Shown in pieces: positions 59,819-64,000 of a stretch of 64,000 bases of DNA (the stretch's first letter is position 1; the number at the start of each line of letters is the position of its first letter). This DNA is from Sedimentisphaerales bacterium. Lineage in GTDB: Bacteria; Planctomycetota; Phycisphaerae; Sedimentisphaerales; Anaerobacaceae. Below the pieces are notes generated by a model. The model was not told the origin of the DNA. It made no database searches and worked only from the letters and a program-made list of their open reading frames with translations. The DNA lies in contig JAXGYC010000007.1 of the NCBI GenBank assembly GCA_040772485.1, forward strand, positions 224,001-288,000, written 5' to 3'. A program made the translations under genes and the position numbers.

Positions 59819-62800
59819 ATGTCTTACAGTACGCAAGTCCCATTTCCTGGCCTCCGTCGAAACGCACGTTTCGGCGCGCGGACCTGGATCGTCCTGCTGA
59901 TCCTGACAGCGGCGCCGCTGGTCACGGCCGTGGCACCCGCCAGCGCCGCCACCTATTATGTGGATGCCACCCAGGGCAATGACAGCTATCCGGGAACGGC
60001 CCAGCAACCATGGAAGACCATGGGCAAGGTTCAGAGCATGGTGGCCCCCGGTGACACGGTCCGAATCCGCACGGGAAGCTACGGCTCTCTGGCACTGACC
60101 GGCACCAGCCCATGCGGCAGTTCCTGGAGTGCCCCGATAAAGTACGTCGCAGACACGGGACAGACCCCGACATTCTCCCGCATATCTGTCACAGGCGTGA
60201 CGCGCAGTTGGTATCTGGTGTTCGACGGCCTGACGGTGGCAACCGGCCTCACACAGGACGCCATCGCCGTTCTGCTGAAGGACGCCTCGGCGGTCAAGGT
60301 CGTCAATTGCCGCATCACGGGGGGCTACGTGCATTACAAGCATGCCGGTATGCCCGCGTTCGGAGTCCGCCTTCTGTCGGACACCACAGATTATTACCAG
60401 GACGTCACCATCGACGGATGTGAAATCACTGGTTTCACCAGGGGCATCGGCCTGGGAGGATACGCCGGGACCGGGATCGTCTTCTCGGACAATACCATCT
60501 ACAATACCGGCGGCAGCGGGATCTTGCTGAATGCCGGCGGCACGCGAGAGGGCAAGACCGTCGTCGTTTCGGGCAATCACATTTACGACCAGAACCCGAC
60601 CGTCATACGCATGAACATCTACGGACAGAAGTCCGGCGACTTCCAGGCCAACGAAGTCGTGACGCAGGCGCAGACCGGAGCTTCCGGAACGGTCGTCTCG
60701 CAGTCATCTGAATACATCCAGATCCGACCGACGTCGGCGGCCGCTTTCGCGACGGGATCGGGCAGGACCATCAGCGGGCAGAGCAGCGGCAGAACGCTGG
60801 CCAGCCCCACCAAGATCGAATTCGTCGAGGGCGAGCATGGCAGCGGTTTGGAGATACGCACCCGCAACCTGATCGTCCGAAACAACATCATCCACGACAG
60901 TGGAAACACACGAGGTATCCGGTGCTATCCGGGACACTATGACGGACAGAACGGCCATCCGAGCGGCGGCTACAGCAACATGCTCATCGAGAACAATCTC
61001 GTCTATGATACGAAGAACAGCAATGCCGTGGAGTGTCCGGAGAGCGGCGAGAACTTCGTCTTCCGCAACAACACGGTGATCGGACAGAACCGGGATGGAC
61101 GAACCGGCCCCTATTACTACGAGGTCGCCCTGTACATCTCAAATGTATCGGGCGTCGACGGATCGAGCATGGTCATCGCCAACAACATTCTCGTCGGCAT
61201 CACGGGAACGCCTCCGGCCAAGGCGACGGTCAAAGGCAACGTGATGTATGTGATCGGCGACCATCAAACGGGGTGGAAGACCACCGCCAACTACCCCGGT
61301 AACATCATCATCAAGGCAGACGACGGATCGGCTCGTCCGAACTACTTCGAGGGCTCCGGCAATTTCTTCGTGGGCGGCGCGCTGTTCGACCAGTACAGCT
61401 ACATGTTCCCCAACAACAACACGCACGGCAAGAACCTGAACGAGGCGTACAAACTGGCCGCCGGCGCCGGGGCTGTCGGATTCGCCAACGCGCAGTATGT
61501 TCCCGGCACCGATCTGAATGGGAATTCGAGAAAGGCCCCGCACGATGCGGGGTGCTATGTAATCAACTCGGTCACCCCTGCCAATAGGGACTCCGTGCCT
61601 GAGCCGGACGCAACTCCGAACGACCCGCCCTCCAATCGCAGCCCCGTCCTGGCGGCGGTCGGGAACAAGTCGATCAGCGAGAACGTGCGGTTGACCTTCT
61701 CGATCAGCGCAACGGACCCGGACGGAGATTCGATCACCTACTCCGCGACCGGGCTGCCCAGCGGGGCGAGCTTCTCCAACCAGACGTTCAGTTGGACCCC
61801 TACATACGCGCAGGCGGGGACCTACCAGGTCACGTTTGTCGCCAATGACGGTCAGAGTCAGGACTCGGAAACGATCACCATCAGCGTGGTCAACGTCAAT
61901 CGGGCTCCCACGCTCAGTCAAATCGGGAACCGCTCCGTCGATGAGAACCACGCTCTGACGTTTTCCGTCTCCGCGAGCGATCCGGATGGAGATGCCATCA
62001 GCTACTCGGCCACCGGTCTGCCCTCCGGAGCGAGCTTCGGGGGCGGCAGCTTCAGTTGGACGCCTTCGTCATCTCAGGTCGGCTCGCATAATGTCACCTT
62101 TGTGGCCAGCGACGGCAACAGTCAGGCCAGTGAAACCGTGACCATTTTCGTCGTGGGTGCGAGCCCGGACGGCACGGCGCCGGTGGTGGCCCGTTGTTCG
62201 CCGGAGCCTGATGCCATTCAGGTGTCGCTGAACAATCTCGTGACTCTGCACGTGACCGACCAGGGCAGAGGCGTAAGTCCCGATTCCGTTGCGATTCGAA
62301 TCGATGGCAACACCGTCTACCAGGGCAATATAGACGTCTACCAGAGTCCGCACGGACGATGCAGTCGATCCGGCACACCGCATGACTACCGGTTCATCTA
62401 CCAGACCAGCCAGGCATTCGAGTTCGACCACACGGTCACGGTGCAGGTCAATGCGGCCGACCGCGCCGGCAACACCATGGACACCCATGCGTACTCCTTC
62501 ACCACGGAGATGCGTGCGTTCGGAAGCAATCGGACCGTCACCCGCGACGGCGGTGTGGAGGGATCGAAGAGCAGCCCGGCCACCGTCGGTGATGCGACCG
62601 GGAACGTCTGGGTGGTGTGGTGTAACGGTACGGAAGGAAGCCGGGACATCTATGTGAGCACGATGGCCGCAGGAACGCAGGCCTTTGACACACCGGCGCC
62701 CATCACCACCGCGGCTTCCGACCAGTGTCACCCTGACATCGCACAAGGCCGCGATGGAGTTCTCTATGTGGTCTGGCAGGACAAACAACGCGGTAACTGG

Positions 62801-64000
62801 GACATCTTTCTCGCGATGTCGTCGGACGGAATCACGTGGTCGCGTCCGATTCCGGTGACCAACTCAGACCACAATGAAACCAATCCGGCGGTGACCACTG
62901 ACAGCCAGTCGCCCAGCCGGGTGTACATCGCCTGGCAAGACGATCGAGACGGCCAGGCCGACATTTTCGCAATCAGCTCGACCAATGCCTTCGCCGACGC
63001 CTTGTCTTCCCGTCTGACCGGCGATCCGGCCGACCAGATCGCGCCGGACGTGGTGGTGGGTGCGGACAACGTTGCCTATGTCGTCTGGACCGATATGAGA
63101 AACGGCCAGGCCGATATCTACGGCTCTGCCTCCAACATGTCGAGCTGGGCCAATGTCCCAATCGTCAAAACGAAAAGCAAACAGACCAATCCCGTCATCG
63201 CCTACGACGGAGATTCCTCCATGCTGCACCTGCTGTGGGTGGATGATGCTCCGGGGAATGCGGATATCTATCACGCCGCTTTCAATGCCCTGCCGGCCAG
63301 CCCTGTCACCGGTTCGAGCATCATCGACGATACCTCTCGCGCCGGCCAGTCTGCCCCTGCCATCGTATGTGCAGCGGGTTCGAGGGTCTTCGCCTGCTGG
63401 CAGGACCTGCGTCATGCCCGCCGGCGTACGACGGACACCGATCTGTTCATCGCGGAGTTGGGCCCCGGCTCGGCAGGAACCAACATCTTCGTCGGGGACG
63501 ATGGCACGAATTCCGGCCAGCGTGAGCCGGCCATCGGTGTCGACAGCTACAACAACCCTTATGTCGTCTGGACGGACGCGCGGAGCTCGCGCACCGAGAT
63601 CTACAGCACGGCAACTACGTTCGTCGATCCGATTCCGCTGGATGCCAAACAGGTCGTCGCCTCGGTAGGCGCCACGATCGGTGTTGATCCGGCGGCCATT
63701 GATGAGCCGGACGACGTGTCCATCATTGTTCCGCCGGGAGCGTGTCAGTCCGACGCGAGAATCTCCATCTCCCGGATTCTGAATCCACCGGTGGCGCCGG
63801 CCGAATGCCTCGGGAGCTATGACTTCGGCCCCAGCGGTATCGACTTTGACATGCCGGTGACCGTGACGATCCCCTACCGCTTCAGCGGAGCGGGCGGCTC
63901 GGCGAAACCCTATTGGTACGATTCGCTCACCGGCGCCTTGAGCCAGAGCGGTATCACCGATATCGAGAACATCGTGATCAACGACAATCTCAGTGCTCTG
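59819..64000 (+). CDS. Large secreted multidomain protein: pectate-lyase-like parallel beta-helix, two cadherin/He_PIG Ig repeats, beta-propeller-like repeats, ZU5-like domain (3' end outside window)
   Basis: Absent from the ORF track because there is no stop. Manual translation: signal peptide ...APASA|ATYYVDATQGNDSYPGTAQQPWKT...PGDTVRIRTGSY; two NR.P.L..(V/I)GN...ENxxLTF...DPDGD...GLPSGA...FSWTP repeats; repeated (V/A)W.D.R.G..DI(Y/F); YDFGPSGIDFDMPVTVTIPY. The segments checked share one frame spanning 1394 codons. Confidence 0.9.
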   Translation, partial: MSYSTQVPFPGLRRNARFGARTWIVLLILTAAPLVTAVAPASAATYYVDATQGNDSYPGTAQQPWKTMGKVQSMVAPGDTVRIRTGSYGSLALTGTSPCGSSWSAPIKYVADTGQTPTFSRISVTGVTRSWYLVFDGLTVATGLTQDAIAVLLKDASAVKVVNCRITGGYVHYKHAGMPAFGVRLLSDTTDYYQDVTIDGCEITGFTRGIGLGGYAGTGIVFSDNTIYNTGGSGILLNAGGTREGKTVVVSGNHIYDQNPTVIRMNIYGQKSGDFQANEVVTQAQTGASGTVVSQSSEYIQIRPTSAAAFATGSGRTISGQSSGRTLASPTKIEFVEGEHGSGLEIRTRNLIVRNNIIHDSGNTRGIRCYPGHYDGQNGHPSGGYSNMLIENNLVYDTKNSNAVECPESGENFVFRNNTVIGQNRDGRTGPYYYEVALYISNVSGVDGSSMVIANNILVGITGTPPAKATVKGNVMYVIGDHQTGWKTTANYPGNIIIKADDGSARPNYFEGSGNFFVGGALFDQYSYMFPNNNTHGKNLNEAYKLAAGAGAVGFANAQYVPGTDLNGNSRKAPHDAGCYVINSVTPANRDSVPEPDATPNDPPSNRSPVLAAVGNKSISENVRLTFSISATDPDGDSITYSATGLPSGASFSNQTFSWTPTYAQAGTYQVTFVANDGQSQDSETITISVVNVNRAPTLSQIGNRSVDENHALTFSVSASDPDGDAISYSATGLPSGASFGGGSFSWTPSSSQVGSHNVTFVASDGNSQASETVTIFVVGASPDGTAPVVARCSPEPDAIQVSLNNLVTLHVTDQGRGVSPDSVAIRIDGNTVYQGNIDVYQSPHGRCSRSGTPHDYRFIYQTSQAFEFDHTVTVQVNAADRAGNTMDTHAYSFTTEMRAFGSNRTVTRDGGVEGSKSSPATVGDATGNVWVVWCNGTEGSRDIYVSTMAAGTQAFDTPAPITTAASDQCHPDIAQGRDGVLYVVWQDKQRGNWDIFLAMSSDGITWSRPIPVTNSDHNETNPAVTTDSQSPSRVYIAWQDDRDGQADIFAISSTNAFADALSSRLTGDPADQIAPDVVVGADNVAYVVWTDMRNGQADIYGSASNMSSWANVPIVKTKSKQTNPVIAYDGDSSMLHLLWVDDAPGNADIYHAAFNALPASPVTGSSIIDDTSRAGQSAPAIVCAAGSRVFACWQDLRHARRRTTDTDLFIAELGPGSAGTNIFVGDDGTNSGQREPAIGVDSYNNPYVVWTDARSSRTEIYSTATTFVDPIPLDAKQVVASVGATIGVDPAAIDEPDDVSIIVPPGACQSDARISISRILNPPVAPAECLGSYDFGPSGIDFDMPVTVTIPYRFSGAGGSAKPYWYDSLTGALSQSGITDIENIVINDNLSAL

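Noticed and set aside
59498..63415. Minus-strand ORFs of 180-360 aa in the last 4.5 kb
   Set aside because: Antisense shadows of the large plus-strand secreted protein gene.
1..64000. CRISPR arrays, tRNA/rRNA genes, transposases or integrases
   Set aside because: No repeat-spacer periodicity, RNA gene signature or recombinase motif was seen.

Overview
GC-rich bacterial window. The PAPGA-type PEP-CTERM tails, Tat sulfatase and gene set suggest a Planctomycetota (Phycisphaerae-like) genome, which is an inference. From left to right: (1) 1-9 kb, minus strand: a YtrA/GntR-led operon with two ABC ATPase/permease modules, a redoxin-fold protein and two hypothetical membrane-anchored proteins, then an ECF sigma factor that runs off the window edge; the sigma70 promoter and a YtrA-type operator are visible. 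(2) 9-19 kb: housekeeping and accessory genes (ATL/MGMT-like, GNAT, O-methyltransferase, TPR lipoprotein, tilS, pilT, sulfatase, class II ribonucleotide reductase). (3) 19-59.3 kb: a large exosortase/PEP-CTERM plus Wzx/Wzy exopolysaccharide locus. It encodes Wza, three PEP-CTERM-type substrates, a stand-alone LuxR HTH, a ~1430-aa TPR protein, a priming glycosyltransferase, Wzc, an exosortase, glycosyltransferases, two AsnB-like proteins, two FemAB/GNAT-like paralogs, an FrhB-like protein, a pyruvyl transferase, RmlC, Wzx and a free-standing EpsI. Many genes from ~39 to 58 kb are frameshifted, so their coordinates are approximate (sequencing error or decay). (4) 59.8-64 kb: a divergent, >1390-aa secreted beta-helix/Ig/beta-propeller protein that runs off the window edge. 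The most striking feature is that the exosortase and the priming glycosyltransferase each carry an N-terminal degenerate sugar-nucleotidyltransferase plus left-handed beta-helix module. This suggests a coupled protein-sorting and glycan-initiation system.
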